Source: Planctomycetota bacterium
GTDB taxonomy: Bacteria; Planctomycetota; Phycisphaerae; UBA1845
DNA: 64,000 nucleotides
Direction: 5' to 3'
NCBI GenBank assembly: GCA_024276605.1
Contig: JAJRWX010000033.1
Span: 19,541 to 83,540, forward strand
The notes beneath the pieces were generated by a model that saw only the letters and a list, made by a program, of their open reading frames with translations, ran no database searches and had not been told where the DNA came from. Shown piece by piece: positions 51,241 through 60,560 of the stretch. Position 1 is the stretch's first letter; each line of letters opens with the position of its first letter. A program made the position numbers and the translations under genes.

Positions 51241-52488
51241 TCATTTCGTTTCCGTATTTCGTATAACAATGGCTACGCCCTGCCCGCCGCCAATGCATGC
51301 GGAGCAAATACCATACGCCACACTACGTCGCTTCATTTCGTACATCATGTCAACGATGATCCGAACACCCGTCGCGGCCAGGGGATGACCAATCGCAATG
51401 GCCCCACCGTTCACATTCACATTTTCGCGCGGCAAACCCAGCTCTTTTTCAACGCCCAGGTATTGAGCGGCAAAGGCCTCATTGATTTCCCATAGTCCGA
51501 CATCTTGTTGACTGATCCCGGCGCGTTGGAGCGCTAGATTGATCGAAGGCACCGGCCCGCGGCCCATCACCCGAGGGTCAACACCGCAAACACCATAACT
51601 CACTACCTCGAACTGTGTTGACCACCCGTTTCGCTCTGCTTCTGCTCGATCAGCCAGAATCACCGCGCCAGCGCCGTCACTTAGTTCGCTCGCATTCCCG
51701 GCTGAGACTAATCCGTTCGGTGTCATGCCTGGTATCTTGGCAAGCACTTCGAGGGAAGTGTTTCGAACACACTCATCACGAGCTAGATGCACCGGTTCAC
51801 CGCGCAAGTCCGTCGCATCGATCGCCAACATACCGCAAAGGGCGTCACCACCGTTGAAATGGCTGGATCGGTAAGCGTCCCGTGCGCGCTGGTGGGATTG
51901 TACGGCAAACTCATCGCATGCATTGCGAGTGACGCCGACCTGACTCCCATATTCATCAGCCGTTAACATCATGCTAGTATGTGCCAGATCATGATTCAGC
52001 CCGGCAAGCAGCGTATCTTCTTTTTTGCCACCTTCTTGAAATTCCCAAAAACTGGAGGCACGACGAGGCGAGCGAATGACCTGGGGCGTTCGTGTCATGT
52101 TCTCGGCACCAAAACACAAGGCCGTCTTGGCATCATCCATTTCCGATGGCACAGCGATTTGCTGCATCGCACTGACAACCGTTTGCAGTCCCGAACCGCA
52201 AATGCGTTGCACCATGAGCGCCGGAACGTCCACGTTCAAGTGACAGCGTAATGCCACATTTCTGGGAAAATAAATATCCTGCGATGCCGGTGCCGTGGTT
52301 TGATACACATTGGCACCAATAGCCGTATCTATTTGTTCGCGAGGTACACCGCTTCGTTTGATCGCCTCTTCACACGCGAAGAAGGCCAAATCTTCAGGCG
52401 CAAAATTAGACAGCGTACCACACTTTACGCCAATCGGCGTTCGTGCCCCATCCACAATCACGATATCGGAATGCTCGTTACGTGCCAC
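51241..52488 (-). CDS. Acetyl-CoA acyltransferase (thiolase)
   Basis: GARTPIG, RICGSG, GNAS..SDGA, EINEAFA, NGGAIAIGHP, CIGGGQG. Confidence 0.95.
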   Translation of the reverse strand: MARNEHSDIVIVDGARTPIGVKCGTLSNFAPEDLAFFACEEAIKRSGVPREQIDTAIGANVYQTTAPASQDIYFPRNVALRCHLNVDVPALMVQRICGSGLQTVVSAMQQIAVPSEMDDAKTALCFGAENMTRTPQVIRSPRRASSFWEFQEGGKKEDTLLAGLNHDLAHTSMMLTADEYGSQVGVTRNACDEFAVQSHQRARDAYRSSHFNGGDALCGMLAIDATDLRGEPVHLARDECVRNTSLEVLAKIPGMTPNGLVSAGNASELSDGAGAVILADRAEAERNGWSTQFEVVSYGVCGVDPRVMGRGPVPSINLALQRAGISQQDVGLWEINEAFAAQYLGVEKELGLPRENVNVNGGAIAIGHPLAATGVRIIVDMMYEMKRRSVAYGICSACIGGGQGVAIVIRNTETK

Positions 52489-52491
52489 AAC

Positions 52492-55400
52492 TCATACCCC
52501 TTGCAACTGTTGTTTACGAATGACAATGACATCTTCGCCCGGTTCATTGGAAAACATATCATCAAGGAGATGTTTATGATTGGCGATGACGGTCTTGCGC
52601 ACCATCTTGCCGGAAGACGTAAGTTCTCCGTTGACTAGCGTCGGTGTTCGGTCCGTTAAAACAAAACGCTGAATCCGATGGAATTTTACTTCGATCAACT
52701 CATTCAATCGTTCGACTTCTTGAGTGAGTAAAGCACGGACGCCGGGATGTGTAAGAAGTTCTTTCTGTTCGACTCGTTGTTCTTTAGCCCACGCAGCAAG
52801 CTCGACCATATCCGGATAGATCAGGGCCGATACGAAATCCTCTCCACTACCGAGTACGATGGCCTGTGCTATATAACGCGATTCATTCACCAGTATCGTT
52901 TCGATACGCTGGGGATGAACTTTCTCGCCGGTGGTCAGTTTGAAGGCACCGTCTTTCCTTCCGAATATGCGCAGGCCTTTCTTCGTAAACTCTCCAAGGT
53001 CGCCGGTTCGAAACCAACCATCAGCACTGAGCACATGGCTCGTCGCTTCCTCATCATCGAGATAGCCCCCCATCACATTGGGGCCTTTGACGAGAATTTC
53101 CTGATCGTCGTTGATCCGAATGGAGACGCCGGGAATGGGATACCCCACATACCCGCTATTCCATTGGCCATCGAGAGTCGTGAGTGTGACACTCGGTGAG
53201 GTTTCAGTCAAACCCCAACCCTCCAAGACGGGGATCTGATGCTCGCTGTATATACGTGCTACCGGCGCGGGCAGCGAAGCACCGGCAGTGAATACAAAAC
53301 GAAGGCGACCACCAAAGATCACGCGCTCGATCGATGTATCCGTCCGACAACGTGATAGAAGCATGTCATGAACACGGGGAACGCTGAAAAATAGCGTGGG
53401 ATCAAACGCCCCCCAATTGGCAATCATACGATCGATATCACGCCCGCGCGAGTCGTCTAAGCACAACTCGCAGCCATGGTACAATGCGAGTGTTCGTTCA
53501 AAAATACCCCCGAAACTATGATGCCAGGGCAAATAACTGAATAGGACATCCTTCTCGGACACATCCCAAATCAACTCAACGGCCTTTTGTTGAGAAATGA
53601 TGTTGCGATGGGAAAGGCGTACACCCTTGGGAGGCCCGGTCGTACCAGAGGTATACATGATTAAGCACAGGTCGTCCGATTGAACGGCGCTGATTCGCTG
53701 GTCCAGCGCCTCCTGACTTGCCCCCCCCTGAATTAGTAAATCGTCGAAGTTTTTCGCGCCCCAAGCTTCGCAGTCAGCATCGAAATCCATGGAAAAATAT
53801 TGTTGGATCCACGGGTGACGATCGGCTTCGATTTTCTCAAGCTGATGTTTTCCAGAGACGATCACAAATTTTGGCTTGGCGTGGCCCAATACGTACGCAA
53901 TGGAACCCGCCGGATACCCGGCAAATACCGGCACAGTCACCGCACCGATGGCCATGACGGCTAAGTCCGTCATGAACATCTCCGGTCTATTTTCGGAAAT
54001 CATACTGATGCGATCACCGGGACGTATACCCATGTCTATCAGACGCCGAGCAATGTTATGGACGTTTTGGGTAAATTGAGACCAAGTGATCGAAGATTCA
54101 TCTTCACCTGCTCGCGTGCGAATGAACACTTTTTCACCAAAGCGCTCTGCGCGACTGGTTAATACTTGCCCAAGTGATGATTCATAATCACCCAGCGGGA
54201 TCTTGTTGGCATGAACTTCCGCGATCCGCTGAATGCCGATTTCCTCATCCAGTCCCTGTGGGGTGGTCTGACAATACGCCAAACAAGTATCGCGTAGGAG
54301 TTCTTTCGTAAGCACAAAACGCTCTTCAGGTGTTTTGGGAGAGAAATCCACGCTAACCGGATCAAGTCCCGCCCGGCGACGCACCAGATCAGACGCTACG
54401 AAATCAACAATGTTGGTAGCCAGTTCTTTAATATGCGAGCAACCAACACGACCGCCGACACGTCGCACAATCTCCAACAACACACCACGCTCAATGCGTA
54501 AACCCACCAGCCGCTCCGCCACAGCTTCAACCTCACGACAAACAGGGAACGGAACGCGAATCATCTTCAAACGACTGCTGACAATTTGCTCATCCGGTAA
54601 ATATATCTTGACTTCGAGTTTGATCAGATGCTCGTTGTCGAGCAACGTACCAACCACCACCACGTTGTCTGAGCCGGCGTCAAACAACTCAATCGAAATA
54701 TTTCTCTGGGCTGAAAGTTCCATACCTGTACCTCCCGACTGGTCGCCATGCTCGGCGTTATCTCGAAATCGAATCGCCCGCGCCATCGACGCCTTAATAT
54801 CGTATTTGAGCGATTTGAATAAATCGGCCTCTTCCTGCAAACCTGCCCGTGCGGCGTACTGCGAAAGTGGCGACAGAATCCATTCTTCATTTGAAAAAAG
54901 CTCTACCCGGTCCAAGCCATTCACCAACGCATCACGAAACGTCTTAAGCGAACTGGTCATGTGCCCAGCGAAAGACATGATCGTCGCTCGATGCTTGGCC
55001 CAAATGTCCTCATAACACGCATCTTGCGGATAGGCACCAGATGATAGACCGACGTTAAACACCGCCCGAGTTACACGTTCGACGAATGCCGCTTTGGTCT
55101 CATCTTGGCAAAGATCACCCATGCGCAGATCGTTCAGTTCCCCACTGGGTTCAACCGTATGAATAAGACCACCCACGTTCAACACGATCGAAATCATGGC
55201 TTTGTCAAATTCAACCCGCGTTCCGGGAACGCCTTTGGTATGATGAAACGGATAACGATGGGCGTTGAGAATCGATTCGATGCGAGCCTGCTCGGCTTCA
55301 CCACCGCCGGCAAACACCAACGACCCCTTGCGCTCCAATATGTAAACCGTCTCTTTTCCCATACCACGACGACCGCCCGCCTGGAGTGAAATACCCCGCA

Positions 55401-55899
55401 CGATCCGATCAATGATCGCTTGGACCATAGCGTCATCCACACCAACCAACCGCCCCATCAACACAGACTCGTGAATCTGCTCTTCAAAATTAGAAACGGT
55501 ATGCTCCATCAGGATACCATTAGGTAGCACCAACATGATGGGCACGCGTCGTTGAATATCCTCGATCGACTGGAGGCGTTTCCGCTCACAGAGGTTTTCC
55601 AAGAACCTGGTAAGCTCCGCAGTAAACAAAATAAGCTGGTTCGGATTACAACAAACGAACAATAGCTCCGGCATGCGATCAAGCGCCTCAGCTTCCAGAA
55701 GATTAGCCAAAATCCTACCTTCTAGCGAAGCCCATCGCTGATTTTCACCTTCCAGTAGATTAAGAGAACCACTCTCCTTTAACGGCTGTGTGATGCCATC
55801 ACCACCACGACCGATTAAATACTCCGCGTCGGTATGCACGAAGAAAGCCACCCCCAGCGCACCGGGAGGATGAATGCCAAGTTCACCGGTGCGTAACAT
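52492..55899 (-). CDS. Three-domain fusion: ketopantoate-reductase-like + DUF2889-like + AMP-dependent acyl-CoA ligase
   Basis: N-terminal GALG, LPNGI, FDKA..N, TSSL motifs. Middle D.EH..PFPVC..LVGLRI..GGRVGCSHI. C-terminal YTSGTTGPPKG, GWGLTE, GWFRTGDLG. Confidence 0.8.
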   Translation of the reverse strand: MLRTGELGIHPPGALGVAFFVHTDAEYLIGRGGDGITQPLKESGSLNLLEGENQRWASLEGRILANLLEAEALDRMPELLFVCCNPNQLILFTAELTRFLENLCERKRLQSIEDIQRRVPIMLVLPNGILMEHTVSNFEEQIHESVLMGRLVGVDDAMVQAIIDRIVRGISLQAGGRRGMGKETVYILERKGSLVFAGGGEAEQARIESILNAHRYPFHHTKGVPGTRVEFDKAMISIVLNVGGLIHTVEPSGELNDLRMGDLCQDETKAAFVERVTRAVFNVGLSSGAYPQDACYEDIWAKHRATIMSFAGHMTSSLKTFRDALVNGLDRVELFSNEEWILSPLSQYAARAGLQEEADLFKSLKYDIKASMARAIRFRDNAEHGDQSGGTGMELSAQRNISIELFDAGSDNVVVVGTLLDNEHLIKLEVKIYLPDEQIVSSRLKMIRVPFPVCREVEAVAERLVGLRIERGVLLEIVRRVGGRVGCSHIKELATNIVDFVASDLVRRRAGLDPVSVDFSPKTPEERFVLTKELLRDTCLAYCQTTPQGLDEEIGIQRIAEVHANKIPLGDYESSLGQVLTSRAERFGEKVFIRTRAGEDESSITWSQFTQNVHNIARRLIDMGIRPGDRISMISENRPEMFMTDLAVMAIGAVTVPVFAGYPAGSIAYVLGHAKPKFVIVSGKHQLEKIEADRHPWIQQYFSMDFDADCEAWGAKNFDDLLIQGGASQEALDQRISAVQSDDLCLIMYTSGTTGPPKGVRLSHRNIISQQKAVELIWDVSEKDVLFSYLPWHHSFGGIFERTLALYHGCELCLDDSRGRDIDRMIANWGAFDPTLFFSVPRVHDMLLSRCRTDTSIERVIFGGRLRFVFTAGASLPAPVARIYSEHQIPVLEGWGLTETSPSVTLTTLDGQWNSGYVGYPIPGVSIRINDDQEILVKGPNVMGGYLDDEEATSHVLSADGWFRTGDLGEFTKKGLRIFGRKDGAFKLTTGEKVHPQRIETILVNESRYIAQAIVLGSGEDFVSALIYPDMVELAAWAKEQRVEQKELLTHPGVRALLTQEVERLNELIEVKFHRIQRFVLTDRTPTLVNGELTSSGKMVRKTVIANHKHLLDDMFSNEPGEDVIVIRKQQLQGV

Positions 55900-56701
55900 G
55901 ACTGGTCGATCTCCTCTGAGTATCTTCTTGACTAGCAGCTAGCAATGCTGCGCCATAAGCACCGGCATGTTGCGGCATGGGTGGCAGCCACACTTCGGTT
56001 TCAAGCATTTCTTCTAGAGCCTTCACCATCGCTCGACAATGCGCGGCTACACCGCCGGTGACGGCCACCGCATCGCTACGCGCCGACAGCATCTCACTAA
56101 TCCGCGCGGCGATGGACCGGAACAACCCCATCGATATATCCTCCCGCCGCTGACCTGCTTTAATTCGCTCGATCACTTCCGTTCCGGCAAACACGGTACA
56201 ATAACTGTTCAGTACGGCTTGTTCCGATGATGCCATCGCCAGCTCATCCAAGGCTGATAGTGACAACCCCAGCTTAAATGCCGTCGATTCAAGAAAAGTG
56301 CCCGTACCCGCCGCACACTTCGCGTTCATGCGGTAATCAACCATGCGCCCCTCTTCACTTAGGCGGATGACTTTCGTATCCTGACCGCCAATATCAATAA
56401 TGGTGCGCACCTGGGGATACCATTCTCTAGCGCCGCGAGCATGACATGTAATTTCCGTCACCTGACGATCCGCCATTTTCACATGCTCACGACCATAACC
56501 TGTAGCTACGCACCGCGTAATATCTTCCAGGGTGCCTTCAGCCTGTCTCAGGGCACGACGAATGGACATGTCCACGGCATCCGCATAATCGAACCCGGAA
56601 TGGTTCACATGGTGCCCGACCAATGTCGCCGTCTCATCAATGATGACACATTTGGTTGCCGAGGAACCGACATCAACACCTACATAGAGCGCTTCGCTCA
56701 T
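55883..56701 (-). CDS. 2-hydroxyacyl-CoA dehydratase activase (HgdC/BadFG family)
   Basis: GVDVGSSATK, ATGYGR, TEITCHARG, DIGGQDTK, KCAAGTG, SYCTVFA. Confidence 0.92.
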   Translation of the reverse strand: MSEALYVGVDVGSSATKCVIIDETATLVGHHVNHSGFDYADAVDMSIRRALRQAEGTLEDITRCVATGYGREHVKMADRQVTEITCHARGAREWYPQVRTIIDIGGQDTKVIRLSEEGRMVDYRMNAKCAAGTGTFLESTAFKLGLSLSALDELAMASSEQAVLNSYCTVFAGTEVIERIKAGQRREDISMGLFRSIAARISEMLSARSDAVAVTGGVAAHCRAMVKALEEMLETEVWLPPMPQHAGAYGAALLAASQEDTQRRSTSHVTHR

Positions 56702-57939
56702 CGTTGCAGCTCCTCGATTTGCTCTATAAAGGCCTCAATGTTCGTCATGGTCTGTGCGGTGGAAAAAAATCGTACATCGCTGAGATCACCGTCGATCACA
56801 AGAACAGGGATGGATAGCTCTTCGCGCAGTCGTTCACTCATGCCAAAACGAGAATTTGTATTGTTGGGGCATGTTCGAGCGTTGTGAAAAATCACACCGT
56901 CAATAGCGAACTTATCGAACATCTCGATTAGAAACCGTTGCTTAACCGGCTCGTCTCGGTTGATGAAAATCTCAATGCTTGTACGCGCCATCCACTCAAG
57001 CGGATCGTCGCCGTCAAACTCATCGAAGGCCCAAGAGTTACAGTATGTACTGGCGGCCACGATCGCGCGCAGATCGTAGAATTTTTCAGATAGTTCTCGC
57101 AGTTTCGGCCAAATCGGCATCCCTTCCCAATAGATACGATGAAGTTCATCCGGCACGGCGCCTGTGCCTTTTTCTACTCGGCGGTTCAGTTCATTCAACA
57201 GTGTTTCATAGTAATCGATCGCCTTTTGCGTCCCGCGCATGAGAATCACGGGGGCCATGTGTATGACACCATCGAAGAACGATAGCGCAGCCGGGTGAGC
57301 CGTTGCCGTATCCAACACCTGTCGCCATAAAGTGCTGGCCCGGCTCGATAACGTAACAACTTCACGAAGACGATCGTAGTCCAGTTTTAGCGAAAATTGC
57401 TGCTCAATCCGTTCGATCAATTGCTCAAGCTGCCCGCGCACAAAGGCCACCTGCTCGGGCGTCACTTCACCCAGATGGGTCGGGGGACACACGCCCATGA
57501 CGGGAGCGCCGTCACGCTGACCGTAAAAACTCCACCAATCCTGCACCTCCCGACATTGGTTGGTGCTATAGACCAGCAAATCAGGCTTGGGCGGACCGGC
57601 AATACCGAATACATCCTGTAGCGGACTATGCCCCATTAGTGTCGAACCTATGTCGCTATTCATGTACGAACAGGACTCAGCTCCGTATCCAATGCTGACT
57701 GCCCGTGGGATGAACTCATGACTGAGCCGACGCGCGCCAAGAAGCGCGCCATGATTTTCCGGAAAATAGACCTCAAAGCCCATAGCCGAGAGAATTTCGC
57801 ACGGACCGACCGACGTACACCAAGCCACCTTCCGCTGTGAATCTCGCGCAGCGGCATCGAGGCTTAAGAATTGGTCGCGCATGAGTTCGCTCAGTTCGCG
57901 ACGCGACTCAATCTCAACTCGTTTGATCGTCGTAGCCAT
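56698..57939 (-). CDS. 2-hydroxyacyl-CoA dehydratase-family Fe-S subunit (HgdA/FldB-like)
   Basis: VAWCTS, FPENHGA, CSY..SDIG, NQC, HNARTC, IDGDL.D.R..TNIEAF. Confidence 0.88.
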   Translation of the reverse strand: MATTIKRVEIESRRELSELMRDQFLSLDAAARDSQRKVAWCTSVGPCEILSAMGFEVYFPENHGALLGARRLSHEFIPRAVSIGYGAESCSYMNSDIGSTLMGHSPLQDVFGIAGPPKPDLLVYSTNQCREVQDWWSFYGQRDGAPVMGVCPPTHLGEVTPEQVAFVRGQLEQLIERIEQQFSLKLDYDRLREVVTLSSRASTLWRQVLDTATAHPAALSFFDGVIHMAPVILMRGTQKAIDYYETLLNELNRRVEKGTGAVPDELHRIYWEGMPIWPKLRELSEKFYDLRAIVAASTYCNSWAFDEFDGDDPLEWMARTSIEIFINRDEPVKQRFLIEMFDKFAIDGVIFHNARTCPNNTNSRFGMSERLREELSIPVLVIDGDLSDVRFFSTAQTMTNIEAFIEQIEELQR

Positions 57940-57951
57940 ACGTCCTCTTCC

Positions 57952-58977
57952 TTACGGCACAACTATGGACCGAAGCGACACGCCCTCTTTCATCACGGCA
58001 AAGGCTTGTTCTAATTCGTCCAGTGCAAATCGATGCGTCACTTGACGCTTTACGTCAATCACACCGGACTCCACCATCCGAATCAACGGTTTGTAATCGA
58101 GCGGACGACACCCGAGTGAACCAACCACTTCGATCTCTTTGAACATAATTTTTCCGGCCACGATCGATATCTTTTCATGCGTATAACCAACCACGCACAA
58201 TCGACCGCCCATACGTACGCACTCGAATGCCTCTTCAATGGTTCGCGGATTCCCGATGACTTCCATGGCGATATCCGCCCCACCACCCGTCAACTTTTTT
58301 ACCTCTTTGCTTACGCGCTCAACCTTGGAAGCGTTGATGGTGTGTACGGCGCCGTATTCCCGCGCCCATTCGAGCTTTTTCTCATTCATATCGACAGCGA
58401 TAACGCAGCCGCCGCTCGCCGTGGCTAACTGCACGGCGTTAATACCCACGCCGCCGCATCCAAAAACAACCACCGTATCACCGGGTCTCACCTTGGCGCG
58501 ATTCTTGACCGCGTGATAGGGCGTGGAGATCGCGTCGGCGATAATCGACGCTTCCTGGAGAGGGATGGACTCCGGAAGATGAAGAACATCTTTCGCCGGT
58601 ACAGCTACATACTCAGCGTAAGCCCCGTCAAAGTGATTCCCCAGCATGGTCATGCTGCTGCAAATGTTCTCTCGCCCCATACGACAGAACATACATTTTC
58701 CGCACGTGAGCACCGCCGGGATCAAGACGCGTTGCCCTTTGGCAAAGTCTTCAACTCGATCTCCAACCTGATCCACGATTCCCGACGCCTCATGCCCGAG
58801 CACAATCGGAGGCTTCTTAAACGTGGGCACGCCGTGCTCGATATAATGCAAATCCGTATGACAGACCCCGCACGCGGCCACTTTCACGAGCATGTCATCG
58901 GGGCCGATCTTGGGGATCGGTATATCTTCGACGCTCAATCCAGTGTCGCTACCGTGAAATACTACTGCTTTCATCAC
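57952..58977 (-). CDS. had: Zn-dependent dehydrogenase, probable 6-hydroxycyclohex-1-ene-1-carbonyl-CoA dehydrogenase
   Basis: CGVCHTDLHY..GVPT..PIVLGHE, IPAV..CGKC..C..C, ADAISTPY; operon context with dch, oah and the reductase. Confidence 0.8.
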   Translation of the reverse strand: MMKAVVFHGSDTGLSVEDIPIPKIGPDDMLVKVAACGVCHTDLHYIEHGVPTFKKPPIVLGHEASGIVDQVGDRVEDFAKGQRVLIPAVLTCGKCMFCRMGRENICSSMTMLGNHFDGAYAEYVAVPAKDVLHLPESIPLQEASIIADAISTPYHAVKNRAKVRPGDTVVVFGCGGVGINAVQLATASGGCVIAVDMNEKKLEWAREYGAVHTINASKVERVSKEVKKLTGGGADIAMEVIGNPRTIEEAFECVRMGGRLCVVGYTHEKISIVAGKIMFKEIEVVGSLGCRPLDYKPLIRMVESGVIDVKRQVTHRFALDELEQAFAVMKEGVSLRSIVVP

Positions 58978-59017
58978 TAACTATCCTCTTGTGCCATTGA
59001 TTGATTGCCACCTGTGC

Positions 59018-59788
59018 CTACGCATGTTGCCAGGCCGGCTTTCGCTTCTCCAAAAACGCTGCGATGCCCTCATGCGCATCCGCGATAGCCATTAGCTCGC
59101 CCAGATAAAGGGCTTCGGTTTTATCCAACTGATTGAGCATCTGTTCACGTACGGCCATACACGTGGCACGTTTCGCCATGCGCACAATCGGACACGACAG
59201 TTTCTTGATACCCTCCAGATAATCATGCACGCTTTGATCAAACGTATCGGTTGGGTAAACGGCGTTGACCATGCCAATGCGATGAGCTTCCTTGGCATCG
59301 ATGGTTTGCCCCAATGCGTTGAACTCAATCGCTTTCTTGATCCCTATCTGCATAGGCAACACACAAGCCGCCACCGGTGGAAATACACCCACCTGCACCT
59401 CCGGCTGACCGAACTTGGCCCGTTCGGATGCCAATACGATGTCACAATAACAGGCTAATTCACATCCCCCACCCAGCGCCGCACCTTGAACAGCTGCGAT
59501 GGTCAGAGCATCGGTCGAAGCCAGCTTTCTGAAGATGCCGTGGAACTGATGAATCATGTCGCCTACTTGATCGGCGGAGTGGTCGCTTACATCCACACCT
59601 GCGCTAAACACCTTTCCGCTTGCACCGATCACAATGGCTGATAGTTCATCTCCCGAAAGAATAGATTCCAGCAGCGCGTTGAACTCTGCCATCATGGGAT
59701 TATGCAACACGTTGAGCGGTTCACGGTTCATCGTGATCCGTGCAATACGTTCGTCGATGTTCAGATCAAAATAACGGTAATCACTCAT
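59018..59788 (-). CDS. dch: Enoyl-CoA hydratase, probable cyclohexa-1,5-diene-1-carbonyl-CoA hydratase
   Basis: PLNVL, FSAGVDVSDH, LGGGCELA, GQPEVQVGVFPP, EALYLGELM..DAHEGIAAF. Start at MSDYRYF. Confidence 0.82.
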   Translation of the reverse strand: MSDYRYFDLNIDERIARITMNREPLNVLHNPMMAEFNALLESILSGDELSAIVIGASGKVFSAGVDVSDHSADQVGDMIHQFHGIFRKLASTDALTIAAVQGAALGGGCELACYCDIVLASERAKFGQPEVQVGVFPPVAACVLPMQIGIKKAIEFNALGQTIDAKEAHRIGMVNAVYPTDTFDQSVHDYLEGIKKLSCPIVRMAKRATCMAVREQMLNQLDKTEALYLGELMAIADAHEGIAAFLEKRKPAWQHA

Positions 59789-59801
59789 AGTCACGTAACC
59801 C

Positions 59802-60542
59802 TCAGATGTACTGTCCACCATCCACGCGAAGCACTTCGCCGGTGATGAAACGAGCGCGGTCGCTACACAAAAAAACCACCGATTCACCAACATCCTCAAC
59901 CGTGCCGATTCGACCGAGCAGAATCTCGCCGACCGCATCGCGCTTAGCATCCTCCGACATGGTCTTGACGATATCCGTTTCGATAAAACCCGGCGCGACG
60001 GCATTGACGGTGATGTTGAATCGGGCCACTTCCTTCGCTAACGTCTTGGTCAGTCCAATCACACCCGCCTTGGCTGCGGCATAATTAGCCTGTCCAAACT
60101 TACCCCGCATCCCGTTGATGCTAGCCATGTTGACGATGGCCCCGCCGCCGGACTGACGCAGATAGGGAATCGTAGCACGACACACGTTAAACACGCCGGT
60201 TAAATTGACATCGATAACATCTTGCCACATATCATCAGTCATTTTCCAGCTTACTTGATCGCGTACGATGCCGGCATTATTGACGATAACATCAAGCCCA
60301 TCCCAACGACCAGCGACCGATTCGAGCGCATCGCCTACAGCACGAGCATCGCGCACATCGCCAACGACTTGGCAGCATTGACGATCAAGTGATTCGATTT
60401 GACGAACGAAGTCTGAGCTGCCGGAGAAATCCTCCTGATCGAAGATACAGACATCATATCCATCACGCGCGAGCATCTGTACAATGCACCGGCCTATGCC
60501 TCGACCGCCGCCGGTTACAAACGCTCGTCGCCTGTCTGACAT
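59802..60542 (-). CDS. SDR oxidoreductase (FabG/PhaB-like)
   Basis: TGGGRGIG, NNAG, YAAAK, NAVAPG. Confidence 0.92.
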   Translation of the reverse strand: MSDRRRAFVTGGGRGIGRCIVQMLARDGYDVCIFDQEDFSGSSDFVRQIESLDRQCCQVVGDVRDARAVGDALESVAGRWDGLDVIVNNAGIVRDQVSWKMTDDMWQDVIDVNLTGVFNVCRATIPYLRQSGGGAIVNMASINGMRGKFGQANYAAAKAGVIGLTKTLAKEVARFNITVNAVAPGFIETDIVKTMSEDAKRDAVGEILLGRIGTVEDVGESVVFLCSDRARFITGEVLRVDGGQYI

Positions 60543-60560
60543 GCCCGGTTTCCTCTCCCG

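Noticed and set aside
59789-60004. N-terminal extension of the 328-aa dch ORF (likewise extensions of ORFs starting at 9088, 9476, 22000 and 48798)
   Set aside because: The extensions overlap upstream genes or promoters, or precede a better RBS-supported start.
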